In this document: one piece after another, positions 40,979-53,457 of the stretch
How the letters are laid out: each line of letters starts with the position of its first letter
Numbering within the stretch: the first letter of the stretch is position 1
From: Patellaria atrata CBS 101060
Taxonomy: Eukaryota
Length of the DNA stretch: 64,000 nt
Assembly: GCA_010093705.1 (NCBI GenBank)
Contig: MU006096.1
Coordinates: 173,558 to 237,557, forward strand
Direction of reading: 5' to 3'
Position numbers and translations under genes: made by a program
Notes under the pieces: model-generated
The model's input: only the letters and a program-made list of their open reading frames with translations
What the model was told of the DNA's origin: nothing
Databases searched by the model: none

Positions 40979-41490
40979 TGTGACAAGGTGTCAAATCCTG
41001 TCGGGTGGTAGTTCAGTATCTTCACTAATTTTCAAAAATCCCGTGAAGTTTGAAGTTTTTGGAGGTCATGGGATATCAGCATGAAACATCAACCTGAAGT
41101 TGGAGTGGATGCGAGAAATGTTCACCGCATCTAAAGACGGGAAATGACGAGGGGCTGTCGTGTTTACGTAGATTATCTTATCAACGGACCGATCGATGAT
41201 ACCTTAGCCGTTCTCATGCCCGGGGCCTGGAGCCGGTGCATCAAGGCGCCTTGGCACTAAGGTAGAACTGCACCACCTCAGCCTCCACCGCCACGCCCGA
41301 GCCCTGCTTGCCCTGAGCTTAGACCACTTCGCGACTTGCCGTCGTATCTTACCTTACCTTTGAATCACAGATGAGAAACGCGTTCCTGATAGACGCTGCG
41401 GGAAACACACGACTTACTAGGAACTTCATCTTCTACTCCATATTATCCCGTGGTCTAAGGTGCGCGCATTAATAGACTGCGCTTAAAACC

Positions 41491-44371
41491 ATGGGCTCTC
41501 CGCGCAACAGCAAAAGTCCTGAGCCTATACCCTCGACGGAAACGAATCAACCAGAGACGACATCTACCCTTACCGACGAACAATGGAGGGCAATGCAGAC
41601 AGTTTTGAATAATGTTTATGCGCATAGATTGGGAGAGTATGTTGATAATGATGCGCACTGGTGTATGGTCTGGTGCTGACCCTTTTATCTAGTGGCTACG
41701 ACCCAAGTAAGGTGTTCCATCGCAAAGTCAATAAACGAGCAGTACCCTCCTATTATGAGGTGATCAAGGAACCTATGGCACTTAGTACGATCAAAGTATG
41801 CTTCAAGTACCGTTTTTGTATCATGATCATCGCTAACTCCTTATTTCAGGCAAAACTTGCTAATAAAGAATACAAGAGCCTCGCAGAGTTCGTCAGAGAT
41901 TTTGCACTAGTATGTTCTCTGAATTCTATGCTAAATTTAAATTAGCGCTAAATTTCTATACTAGATACCTCATAATGCGCAAGTCTATAATCGTCCTGAT
42001 GCTGGCGCATACCAGGATGCGCTTGTAATCAAAGAGTTCCTGGAAAAAGAATTCAAGAAACTGGTGGACGACAAAATAATTTCAGAAGAAGACGCGAAAC
42101 TTCCCTATCTCGGCGAGATACCTGCACAAGATGAAATAACCGAGCAAGAAGAGGAGCAAGAAGAGGAAGAAGAAGATGACGAGGAAGATGAAGATGATGA
42201 GGAGGCCGACGACTCCGACGATGATGGTAAGCGAAAACGACGAAGAGGTCCGAGGTCTACCGCAGCGATAACAAAGCGCGAGGGTGGTGGTAAAGAAGAT
42301 GCCCAGAAAGGAAACGACGCTGAATCGAGGAAAAAGCGTGGACGACCTCCGAGGGTTGATACACCAATGGAAGCCAGGATAAAGGCTATAATGAAGGCCA
42401 TGCGCAAACCCCGAAATTCCTTGAACCAGCTAATGATCAGCTCGTTCGAAAGAGTCCCTGATAAAGCAGCTATGCCCGAATATTATGCCGAAATCAAAAC
42501 GCCTATGGCCATGGATGTGCTGAAAAAGAAACTAAAACGCAAGAAGTATCAATCAGTAGACCAATTCATGAAAGATGTCGAGCAGATGTTCGAAAACGCT
42601 AAGACATACAATCAAGATGAAAGCCAAATCTACAAAGATGCTGTATTTTTGCAGAAAGAAGCTCGCGCTGCAGCAGAAATTGAGAAGAAGAAGCCCGACA
42701 CTGAGTACGTAATGGAAGAAGGAAGATTACCTATGCCGAATGGTATCCTACACAATGGAGAACTCTGGAAAGTTGGAGATTGGGTTCACATACAAAATGC
42801 GAACGATCTTACGAAACCCATTGTTGCTCAGATCTATCGTACGTGGCAGGATGTGGATGGCGGAAAATGGGTAAATGCTTGCTGGTATTATCGTCCTGAA
42901 CAGACCATCCATCGTTTCGATCGTCACTTCTACGAGAATGAGGTGGTCAAAACCGGACAATATCGAGATCATCCTATCGAAGAAGTTATAGACCGGTGCT
43001 TTGTAATGTTTTTTACCCGCTACAACAAAGGTCGTCCCAGAGGGTTTCCATCAGAAAAGGAAATCTACGTTTGCGAGGCCCGTTATAACGAAGAGAAACA
43101 CAAGCTCAACAAGATCAAGACGTGGGCAAGTTGTCTTCCAGACGAAGTTCGTGAAAAGGACTACGAGATGGATCTGTTTGATGTCCCTCGAAAAATCAAA
43201 AAGATTCCCAGCCCCATCGCCTACCTACTTAAAGACGATGCAAAGGAAACAGATGATCTACCCAAACCTGAGTGGGGTGCTGAAAACGCACCTCCAAAGA
43301 TCGGCGCTGTACACAAACGACCCAGAGATCCAAAGGTGAGTTTCCCCGTTGTTATAGCTTCTCTTTTCGGCGATTTTGTTTGATTAATGCATCATCCAGG
43401 AATCACCGCCTCCAGAACCGACACCAACACCCCCGCCGCAACCTCCACCTCCTCCACCTCGACAAGTATCGAATACAAGTCAAGCACCGAGCGGGTACGT
43501 ACCCGACCGACCAAACTACCCGATGGCAGGTTCACCAGCCCAAGGATCCGTTCCTGCCGCCACTCCTCTCCAAGCACATCCTACGCCCTCCTATACACCG
43601 CAGCTCACCCAACCTTTCGCCCCATTACCTCATCACCAGTCTGCATCGCCCGCACCTCCTCATCAACAAATACCCCCAGCACCCTCACCAACGACCTTCC
43701 CACCTATTCCCCCGCACACGGGTTACGGCGGCCAACACCATCCACAAACACCGCAGCATTATGCGCAACCTCCGGCAAATTTTGGACCAACGCAGCCGAA
43801 ACCTGGCCCTCCGGCAAAGTACAATATCCCTTTGCCAGTCGAAGTATATCATCTTAATGACCAGGCAAATGCATCTATCCCTCCAGAAATTCGGGAACAG
43901 TTCCATCGGGACGACCAAGGACGTGTCCTCTTCTTCACTGCTCCACCTATTGATGTTCCACCCTCAAAGAATGGCACTGCCTTGGGACACTCAGTACGCT
44001 ATCTAGCGGCAAAAGTGAAACGTGAAGAACTCATCCACCAGAAGCGCGAACGTGAAGAAAACGATACGAAGGCAAATGCTGAACGGATTAAGAGGCTCAA
44101 GCAGGAATCCGACGCAAAACTCTCGATTCGTCTAGCTGAATTAACATCTAAAGCATTCATTACCCTTGAGTCTCAAATGATCGAAGCTACCAAAAAAAAG
44201 TTTCAATGTCTGTTTCCGGAGAATTGGGAAGAGGCAATGAAGGAGGAGCTGGACCGATTGGCGGCTATACAGAAGGAGAGTATACACAAAGACCAATTGA
44301 GGGCAGAACGTGAACGGCATGAGACGGAGCGGAATGTTGTGCATCTTGGCGGTCCTGGCATACTGGGATGA
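41491..44371 (+). CDS. RSC1: RSC chromatin remodelling subunit Rsc1/Rsc2 (two bromodomains + BAH)
   Basis: YYEVIKEPMALSTIK...HNAQVYN and YYAEIKTPMA...FENAKTYN bromodomains; BAH domain GDWVHI...VAQIYRTW...NACWYYRP; C-terminal QFHRDDQGRVLFF. Confidence 0.92.
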
Positions 44372-44946
44372 TTATGGCGTTTCCGGCTCCACCGATGTAG
44401 GATTAGATTTATCAAAAAGAAGAATATTGTCTTATAGAACATGGTACATTTACAGGCGTCTTCAGACCTAACATTTTTAATGAATCTCAGGACCTGTGTC
44501 TTTAAAATTACCCTTGCAGCCCGGACTGGTTCGTTGTTTTCTCACCCTTCTACAAAGAGGGAAAGAGATGATAGATTTACTATCTGTCAATTCAAGGTCT
44601 ACTGTTCGAGCCACACCAAGGTCATGAAGCCAGATATAAAGTAAATGCAGTCGTCGGGTTTCCTCTTCCTTCATCGGGACATTCTCTTATGTTATTTTTC
44701 CTTTTACAGTTCTTTTAATGTTCTGAACGTTATGCTATGGAAGGGCAAGGCGGTAGATTGGGGACGTGACTAAAGTCAGTTACTTTATCGTGAGCTGATA
44801 CTTCATTATTGCCAAATATCAGCGGGTTGATATACATATTTATACACTCCCAAATGGAGAACTCCCCATATTCCTTCTTTTTTGGACCATCGCTCCTAAG
44901 CAATCTTAACTCTAATATGTGCAGCCAAAAGCAGGTTTATAAAAGT

Positions 44947-45508
44947 TTATTTCTTCCCTCCTTTTGCTTTTCCGGCTCCGTCCGCCGTGCCCTTCTTACT
45001 ACTTGATGCTGCTTTTATCTTCTGAGGTTTTTGCCCGTATCCAGTGATAAGGTCCATCAAGCTATCCTCAGGTTCTGTTTTCGACTCCTCCTTCCTATCT
45101 TCTGATGTCTGTACCACTAACATTAGTTTCAATTCGCGAAGATCCAGTACTCCATAACTCTACCTCTTCTGCTTCCACTGGAGTTTCCGCATCCCATCCC
45201 CTCCCAAACCTCGCTCTGAAAGCCCTCAACCTTCCCGCCTCATCTTCCTCCACGTTCAGCAATTTCTTACTACTTGGATTCCACAACGGCGAGTTCTTAA
45301 TGTCTTTTGTGCTTCGGTAGACAGGGATGGGGGAGGTAGTGCGGTGGAGAAAGCTTGAACCGTCCGAGAGGGTGATTAGTTGGGTGAAGGTGTACGGGCG
45401 TTTGGGGCGCCGTAGGAGAGTGGCGCGGCGAATCTGATGGGAGGATTGGATGAGGATGGAGGAGTATTCGCGCTGGAGGGAAGGTCGGAGGGGGGTTTTG
45501 GTTGCCAT
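44947..45508 (-). CDS. MRPL36: Mitochondrial large ribosomal subunit protein bL31m (MRPL36), 2 exons
   Basis: Arg-rich presequence, RPYTFTQLITLSDGSS...RTTSP...KDIKNSPLWNPS...EEDEAGRLRAFRARF. Confidence 0.85.
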
Positions 45509-45683
45509 TAGGACTAGAATTGGGTGAGATGATTATGAGGACCGTGGAGGTTGTAGTTTTTTGAGGTTCGCGGTTGACGTGCCAAGATCTTGCAATGAAG
45601 CTATCTAACCTGGGATCTGCATGCAGGTTTATGATACCTTATTTATTTCTCTGAATTCAATTGCTTATATCGCAATTGTTTCA

Positions 45684-47026
45684 ATGCCTGTGACAGCTGC
45701 GAAGCGCTTTTTCAGTGCGTTTTATCGCTGGCAGAGACATCAAGCTGTAGGTCCGTACCCTGTTCACCTGAGCTCGCTCACGTTCTCGCATCAATCTAAC
45801 TAACCATGCTATAAGTTGGTGTAGTGCCTAGTCGAAAACATTCGTCACATTCTACTCCGGACATTCTCGTACCCGAGAAGTGGCACCGTCGAGTTTCCCT
45901 TTATTCGAAGCACCAGGGCTGGGCTTCGAATATCAATGACCGTCGACCACATGGCGTAGGTCAAAGAGGTTTCGGAACGTATGGTGCAGGGCAAAGAAGA
46001 GTAGACGAGAAAGATGTGGTAGAAGAGAACGGGGATAATGGTACCACGCCACATGCGACTCAGGATGCAACCGAGCACTCGAGTACCAAGCGACTTGGTT
46101 CAGACAAAAGTGTCCAGGAGGCAGAGTTTGAGAGACACGTTTATAGAGGTTTAAGAGCAGTCCAATCTGGAGGACAGACGGCCGAAGAACATGATGTTCC
46201 ATTTCTGGTGAAAAAGATGATGCGAAATATTCCACACCCCGTCGTCGTTGTCGCAGCTACTGGAGTTGACCCGTTAAATCATGAAAGGCAAATCGTTCAA
46301 GCAATGACCGTTTCATCGTTCACTACCGTATCCCTCTCTCCGCATGCTATAATATCCTTCAACGTAAAAAGGCCGTCTCGAACTCTTGACGCTATTCTAT
46401 CCCGGGAAGCCAAAGCATTTCAAGTCAAGGTCCTTTCCGATACCCCCGCAGGTGCACAAATTGCAGACTTAATGGTGAGAGGGACTGCGACTGCTGCCGT
46501 TCAGGATCTCAAAGCTTCCGGTTTCGAATTCAACCTCGACCCCCCTCATGGAGAAGAGAGTGTTCTAACTCTCAAGGGCCCCGGAATCTGGGGGGAGTTG
46601 TCCTGTAACACTTTGGTGCATAAGTGTATTTCGGTTGCGGACCATGTAATTGTCGTTGCCGTTGTAAGAAAAATTAGCCTCCTTGACTATGACCCTACGG
46701 ATGTTGAAGTCGTAGAGGAGCTCCATGAAAAGCTTTTGTCACGCGGGACGGGGCTGCTCTATATTAATGGTTCGTACAAATCAGTTGGAGAGAGTCTGGT
46801 TCCTAAAGTCAATGAAAATGGATCCAGCCCGGATGATACTCTAGGTGTAGCTGTGAAAGACAGTAGTACCCATATCAATGTGAATATGTTCAGAGATATA
46901 GCAAGACGAGAGGGTTCACTTCATGATGAGAACGCATACGGCCACCTCAGACATGCAGCTTGGAATCACCATAGGAAAGGTTCACCATACCCAGATGCAT
47001 TGGTCTTGGAAGCATTGAAGGAGTAG
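45684..47026 (+). CDS. Flavin reductase-like (FMN-binding split barrel) protein, possibly mitochondrial; 2 exons
   Basis: MRNIPHPVVVV...AMTVSSFTTVSLSPHAIISFNVKRPSRTLDAI...VADHVIVVAVV...LLY; basic exon 1 MPVTAAKRFFSAFYRWQR splices in phase. Confidence 0.8.
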
Positions 47027-47335
47027 GATGCTCTAGTTGTAGATACAATCAAACATATACAATCTGAGAAAGTATCATTAACAGGAACATGATTACAACT
47101 CCTTCCTAGCCGTCACTTTAGATCTGACGAAAGGTTAGCTGGTCCATAGAAAGAGCCTATCAAGGACATAAGACTGAGCTAAAGGGTGAGGTTTTCTTCC
47201 CGCAAGTATATTGGCCAAGCTAATTGCAGAAACTCGATTTTATTATGCCCATGATGAAGGTCATACTGTGGACCTTGAACGAGGAGAGTTCATAACTATG
47301 GTAGCATACCCTATACCTTGGGTTGATATCGATAC

Positions 47336-47866
47336 TCAATCGAGTTCCATTTTCTCCTCGCCGCTTTTGACATCCAATCCCTTTTCAGTAGCAACTTTCT
47401 CTAACTCTGTCCTAATTTCCGCCCATACCTCTCCCTCCTTACCCACACACACCTTGTCCGCTACCCTACTATTCAGCCAACTTACATCCAAGTTGCCCAA
47501 TTTGCCGTTGGTCGTCATGTTCCCATCGTCTGCAGCACTACTAGGGGGAATGATACCCTGGGTTTCGAGCGCACGTACTTGGGCGTGGAGGGAGGTAGAG
47601 ACGCTGCTGACAGTGGTGAAGAATGTCGTGGTGTAGGTCATGAAGTCCGCTTTGGCACTTGAAGGGGATGCCGACGATCCCAGCGTAAGGGAGGCGATAG
47701 CTTGGCCAGAAGAGGATAGAAGCACTGGAATGGACTGCACAAAGAAGGTTAGATTAAGTCGAACGATACTAGGTGAGAGACAAGCCTTGTTAATATCATT
47801 GAGAGCGCGAATGTTTGCAGCTGCCACTTCAGCGTGGGGCTTCGAGGACGGTGACGACTGGGACAT
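47336..47866 (-). CDS. MED11: Mediator complex subunit Med11
   Basis: IRALNDINK/SIPVLL...AIASLT...FFTTVSSVSTSLHAQVRALE...LGNLDVSWLNSR...KEGEVW matches my recollection of filamentous-fungal Med11. Confidence 0.8.
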   Translation of the reverse strand: MSQSSPSSKPHAEVAAANIRALNDINKACLSPSIVRLNLTFFVQSIPVLLSSSGQAIASLTLGSSASPSSAKADFMTYTTTFFTTVSSVSTSLHAQVRALETQGIIPPSSAADDGNMTTNGKLGNLDVSWLNSRVADKVCVGKEGEVWAEIRTELEKVATEKGLDVKSGEEKMELD

Positions 47867-48515
47867 TATGACTTTTATTTTGCTGCGGCGCAAGACCAAG
47901 TGCGTCAATTGCCCTCTTAAGTATATGTATTCTGTACAGAAATAGTTGAGATACGATGGACGCCCAAGCTAGTTCTTGTAGAGGTTGTGCAGCACGCACG
48001 ACGCTCAAACTACATCATCCGAGAATTGTATATGATCCTAGCATCTTTTCGAAGTCCTCTTCTATAGGCCTGTTCTAGCTTAATGACGTGCGATTGATAC
48101 GTTTCATGTGCGTACTCTAGTACACTATCCATCTGAGGTTGAAAGAGACTTTCGGTAAGGGCAAATCTTGCAGGAAGCGTAATGTCTTGGCAGCAGGCTT
48201 CCTCAGTTTCCGTCCAACCACAAGAGGCTGCGAAAGACCTTGCCATCCATACTTCAATACATTTACCTTCAATCCGAACCCGACTCATACTTGGAAGTAG
48301 TCTACTTCGACGAACTAGTTGTTCTCTCAAACAGGTTGGAGTTCTACAGGTACATAAGTAGGGTGAGACGTTTGCTGTACTGTACAGTACCACTGAACTT
48401 CCACATACCCGTTGAAGCGACCACACATGCTCCTGGAGAACCTTGTAAGGATAGGTAAGATATTTGTGCTCTTAGGGAGCCTCCTTTCCCATAAGAGGTG
48501 GTCTTAAGAAGAACC

Positions 48516-51240
48516 ATGTCTGGAGCACCAGCAGGTACAACTGGGCCTGGCTCTCGCGCCCCCAGTGTCAGCAATGGACCTCCAAGTGCGGGTATACATA
48601 TGCCTCCGCAGCAGCAACAGATGCAAGCCCAGTCAAATGTACCTCAGCCGGTAGCAAACCAAGGCGGCTCAGGATCACAGCAGAATCTTAACCAAATCGT
48701 CAGTGACTATTTCTCAATGTCATGTGGGCACGTGTTTCTTCATTCCTATTAGCGTCTTTGCTTTTTCACCTTGATGCGACATTCACGCGTCAGGATTACT
48801 ACTAGGGTAAACCCAAAATGTGATCTCTTAGAAAGTCTTAGCCCCTGTAGAAAAAGCAGACACAGTCACGTCCCCGTTATCCTTTCCAAAACAACACACA
48901 AACAACCGCACTGTGTTTCTCTCATAGCTGTGTTTTATCAGAGTTTATATGAAATGGACAATCTGGTAAACTGACTTGCTCAAACATTCCCATCTGCATA
49001 AACAGAATGCTAAATAAAGCCGGCAACCAGGTGCTCGAGTATCTGAGCAAAAAAGGCTACAACCGCACGGAAGCCATGCTTCGGAAGGAATCTGCCAGCC
49101 AAGATGCGGAAGGCCGCCCGAACACTGATCGCGCCGAAGATATGGGTGGGGAGATGTATCAACGCGGTTTTGGTAATGGGATCTCAAAGTCGATCAAGCT
49201 TCAAGCAAATGCTAACATTCTATGAAGACCTGTTAAAGAACTGGATTGAAGACAATCTAGACATCTACAAGGTGGGACATGCGTCCACTATCTAAACATA
49301 GCTACTAATCATCTCCAGTCGGAACTACGTCGACTTCTCTGGCCTGTCTTTGTTTATTCCTTGTTGAATCTCGCCTCAGACTTCTATGTAAAGGATTGTG
49401 AGAAGTTCTATGAATCGAATCAGTCTCAATTTTCTCGCGAGCACGAATTAGATCTTCGTGCGTTATCAGTAATTAAGTCACCTGAACATGTTCATTCTAG
49501 TAATATCGCAAAGCTATACCGCGACAACAAATACCGTATCAGCCTGAGTCATATGGCTTTCTTCAATCTCATCCAATTTCTCGAATCCAAAGATAAGGAA
49601 GGCGGATCAGTCGTACTTAGAGTACTCCAAGCACATCTCAACCTAGTTTCGGTCGATCGCTCGGCTGTCGGAGGGGAGCGTAGTCTCGCCGCCCTTTTAG
49701 CACAAGGAAGTGACGTTGAAGAGCTACCTGCTGAAGACGAAGGTATCCCAGGCCACAATCCCGGATCGGCAAACACATCTCTCAACGCACCAAAAGTTCT
49801 TACCAAATTAAACCTGGGAAAGATGCCCATGGAAGCCGAGTTAATGGAAGACGTTCGAGGTGATCTCCAAGACGAGGATATGAAGAACCCGCCAAAACCA
49901 CATCAAAGCTCCCTTGTGGAGGAGTTCGAGAGACAGATCAAGCAAGAGCCCAACGAAGATGCGCCAAACCGCGATGATATTCCTCTTCCTCCCTCGTTAG
50001 CTCGGGACGTTGCACTAGAGGTGCAGAAGGTGAAGGAAAACCGAGACAGATTTAAGATTGAGGGACGCACCGGAGGCAAGGGCCCTGGTCTCAGCATCAC
50101 TATGTTCACTTTCCACAATACATTTGACAAGTATGTTGCAAGTAACCTCGTTTAAACACATTACTGACCATCACCAGGATCAACTGTATAGACTTTTCTG
50201 GCGATACCTTATTAGTCGCAGCTGGTATGGCCGAATCGTACATAAGGATTTGGACTTTGGATGGAAGTGCTCTACCTGTTGTTCCGCACCAACAGTCATC
50301 TAATTCCCGCCGATTGATCGGCCATTCTGGTCCTGTGTTCCAAGTTTCATTTTCGCCTGGAATCGAATCTCCCGCTGGGTCGGACGGTCCAAACACCACC
50401 TCCCGCTTTCTTTTATCGTGTTCCGAAGATAAAACCGTGCGCTTGTGGTCTTTGGACACTTGGAGCTGCCTGGTTGCTTATAGAAGCCATACTGGCCCAG
50501 TCTGGGACGTGAAATGGGGTCCCCAAGGCCACTATTTCCTTACTGGCTCAAACGATAGGACGGCTCGTCTCTGGAGCACAGAGCACATCGAACCATTACG
50601 CCTCTTTGTAGGACACGATAGTGATGTGGACGTAGTTACTTTCCACCCAAATGGAGCCTACGTCTTTACCGCATCCAACGACAAGACCGTTCGCATGTGG
50701 GATATCAGTCGAGGTACCTGCGTACGTATGTATACCGGCCATACAGGTAATATCACCGCCATTGAGGCATCACCTAATGGGCAACTCGTCGCGTCAGCGG
50801 ATGATATGGGTAGCATACACCTCTGGGACCTCCACAAAGGCCGCCGTCTCAAGCATCTACGCGGTCACGGAAAGGGGGGTATCTGGTCCCTGTCCTTCAG
50901 CGTCGAAAGTACAGTTCTCGTTTCCGGCGGCGCAGATTGCACGGTCAGGGTGTGGCATGTCACGGACGAGAAGACGGATCCAGCTATTGCTGCCAGTATG
51001 AAGTCTGAAACTAATACGGGAGTGAAGCCGGAGGGTTCAGGGAGTGACTCTCTGTTGTCGCCGTATATTCCTTCTGGAAGTGCTATGGGAGGTAGTGGTA
51101 CTGGTAAGAAGGGGAAGGGAAAGGATGTGGCGGTTAGCCCGGAGCAGATTGATTGCTTCCCTACCAAGAGTAGTCCGGTGTATGAGGTCAGCTTCACGAG
51201 GATGAATTTGGTGTTGGCGGGGAGTGCGTTCATGCCTTGA
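48516..51240 (+). CDS. TAF5: TFIID/SAGA subunit Taf5 (LisH, NTD2, WD40), multi-exon
   Basis: NLNQI/VLEYLSKKGYNRTEAMLRKES, ELRRLLWPVFVYS, WD40 repeats (LIGHSGPV, LFVGHDSDVD, YTGHTGNI), ends VSFTRMNLVLAGS. Confidence 0.95.
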
Positions 51241-51623
51241 TTTGGGACTAAGGATCAATCACGGTAAAGGTACCCAAAATATGAAATCAAGGTCTACGGG
51301 AATTTCAAGGCGAATACTGAAATGCTTGAGAGTTCGTAGAATACGGCATCTGTCGGTTTTATAGGGCTTGTAACAATACACATCAACTTCTATATGATGG
51401 GTGCGAACACATCTTTCCTAATTCAGGTGGCTTGAGTAATTAGATCCACCTATAATAGATGCTAATAGAGGGCATAAAATTCTGTACTATTTGTAGAATA
51501 TCTTATCACCATCCGCAGTACCTCAGTCTAGCATCCTCCTCCAACGTGACAGCTCGCTCGGAACCATTCCGCACATGTTTCCAGCAGCGACATAAATCGT
51601 CAACCACCTCGAATCCAATTACA

Positions 51624-53380
51624 ATGCCTTGAACAAGATATCAAATAGGGCAGATGTAAAAGCCAAATCAGTCACGCGCAAGATTTCCTATCCTCTCGCC
51701 TCCGCTGCAGGTTTAAAGCTTCAATTCGTCGGCCAGGAGCTCAAGAATATAGACGCACCCGTCGCCGTCATCGTTAGAGCTATGGTGAAGAAGAATTGGG
51801 AGGCCATGCTGAAGACGGCGAGATTGCTTGGGGTGGGGTCTAGGGCGCATGTTAAGACGCTTAAAGTCTGTCTTATTTCTCTCGTTGTTTCATCGATCTT
51901 TAAGTGAATATCTTTCAGTTATTACATGCTTAGGGCTCACTTCATCTCAAATCACATGACCCCATATCACGTAGATGCTATAATTCTATCACCGCGACTG
52001 ATTGATGGATATACATTTTAAATTTAATAGGTATAGTGCTGATTACTGTGTACTCTCCCAACAGACTACCGAATTAGCCACGCTGAAGGTTGGCGAGACG
52101 GGACCGGTTAACTTGGTGTGCTCGACGTTGGTCGGGATGGAAGAGCTGCTCCGACATTGCTTGAGTGTCAAGCACAGGGAAGGCCGGTGAGCGTGATTCA
52201 CATCATTCACCTTTTGATTCTACTTAGCCTTTCAGTGCACCCAGCTTTCTAGTCTATCCAGCTTCTTGGTGGTCCCATGTTGACGTCTATAAGTGCTCTA
52301 CGGGTTCCCAGCGCCTCCGTCCGCTATCAAACGCATCATTCGAATAGCAGAAATCCTAGGTGGACAATGTGAGGACAAGCCCAATGTTGGCATTCTGATT
52401 GACAATATCGACGCTCTACAGATCGCATGCAAGACCATAGAAAAACACATCCAGTCGACGGGTGGCCCGAAATGTCCCATTGGGCTATGGATTAAGATTG
52501 ATACCGGATATCATAGAGCGGGTATCCCTAATGGGTCCCCCGCTTTGGAAAGTTTGTTGGCCTAAATCTTGTTTGAACATGCTGGCCAGCCGTTGAAACT
52601 AGTAGTATTTTATAGCCATGACGGCCATAGTTATGCAGGAAACAACCCAGACGACGCTAACGATGGTCTGTTAGCTGAGCTCTTAGTCCTAAAAGACGTA
52701 GTGGAAATGGCCTATGCGTGTGGGTTGGAGGGACGATTCACACTTTCAGTCGGCGCAACACCTACGGCAACAGCAGCGCATAATCTTGTAGCATCTAATT
52801 CGGAGACTGCGAGAACGTTGATGGGCTTTCTCCATCGCGTCAAGGCTTATTGCGACGTTGAGCTACATGCCGGGGTGTATCCTGTGCTTGACCTACAACA
52901 GCTAGCTACAGGTGTACGGCCATTTCCCCAAATTTCGACATCAAACATAGGATTCTCCATATTGGCGGAGATTGCTAGTATATATAACAGAGAGAGGCCA
53001 GAAGCCTTAATCGCAGCTGGCTCTTTGGCCTTAAGCCGCGAACCATGCAAGAGTTACGCAGGGTGGGGTATCGTATCGCCATGGAGAGATAAACCGGATA
53101 AGTGGTCGGCAAAGAAAGTTGAAGTTTTTGACCCGGAAATTATTAAGTGTGGTTGGATTGCAGGAAGAATAAGTCAAGAGCCTGGAATTCTAGTTGGGAC
53201 GGACCATTGGAGAAGTTACAACCGCTTATTGTTGGAGAGAAGCTTCTGATATGGCCGAATTATGCCTGTATAGTCGGAGCTCATTTCGGGTGGTATCTGG
53301 TCATCGATTCAGATGACACGACAGGAAACGCCAATGGGTATGTGATTAAAGATGTCTGGGTCCGTTGGCGAGGATGGTAA
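51624..53380 (+). pseudogene. Disabled D-serine dehydratase-like (fold-type III PLP enzyme, DSD1-like) gene
   Basis: RAHVKTLK, IKIDTGYHRAG, YSHDGHSY, SVGATPT, ELHAGVY and AGSLALSRE are present. Disablements: ATG at 51624 followed by CCT TGA, apparent frameshift near 52155, in-frame TAA at 52563-52565, frameshift near 53190, and SQEH/PNHAC read as SQEP/PNYAC. Confidence 0.85.
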
Positions 53381-53457
53381 TGATAATTTGGTTTAATAGA
53401 AGAGGGTTCATCTTCATTGTTGATACATGATAGAGATCTTTACACCATCGGTATAGC

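Noticed and set aside
19487..51240. Functional cluster of ubiquitin/chromatin genes (F-box, APC2, OTU1, SMC6, RSC1, MED11, TAF5)
   Set aside because: Ordinary housekeeping neighbourhood; nothing in the sequence shows a shared pathway
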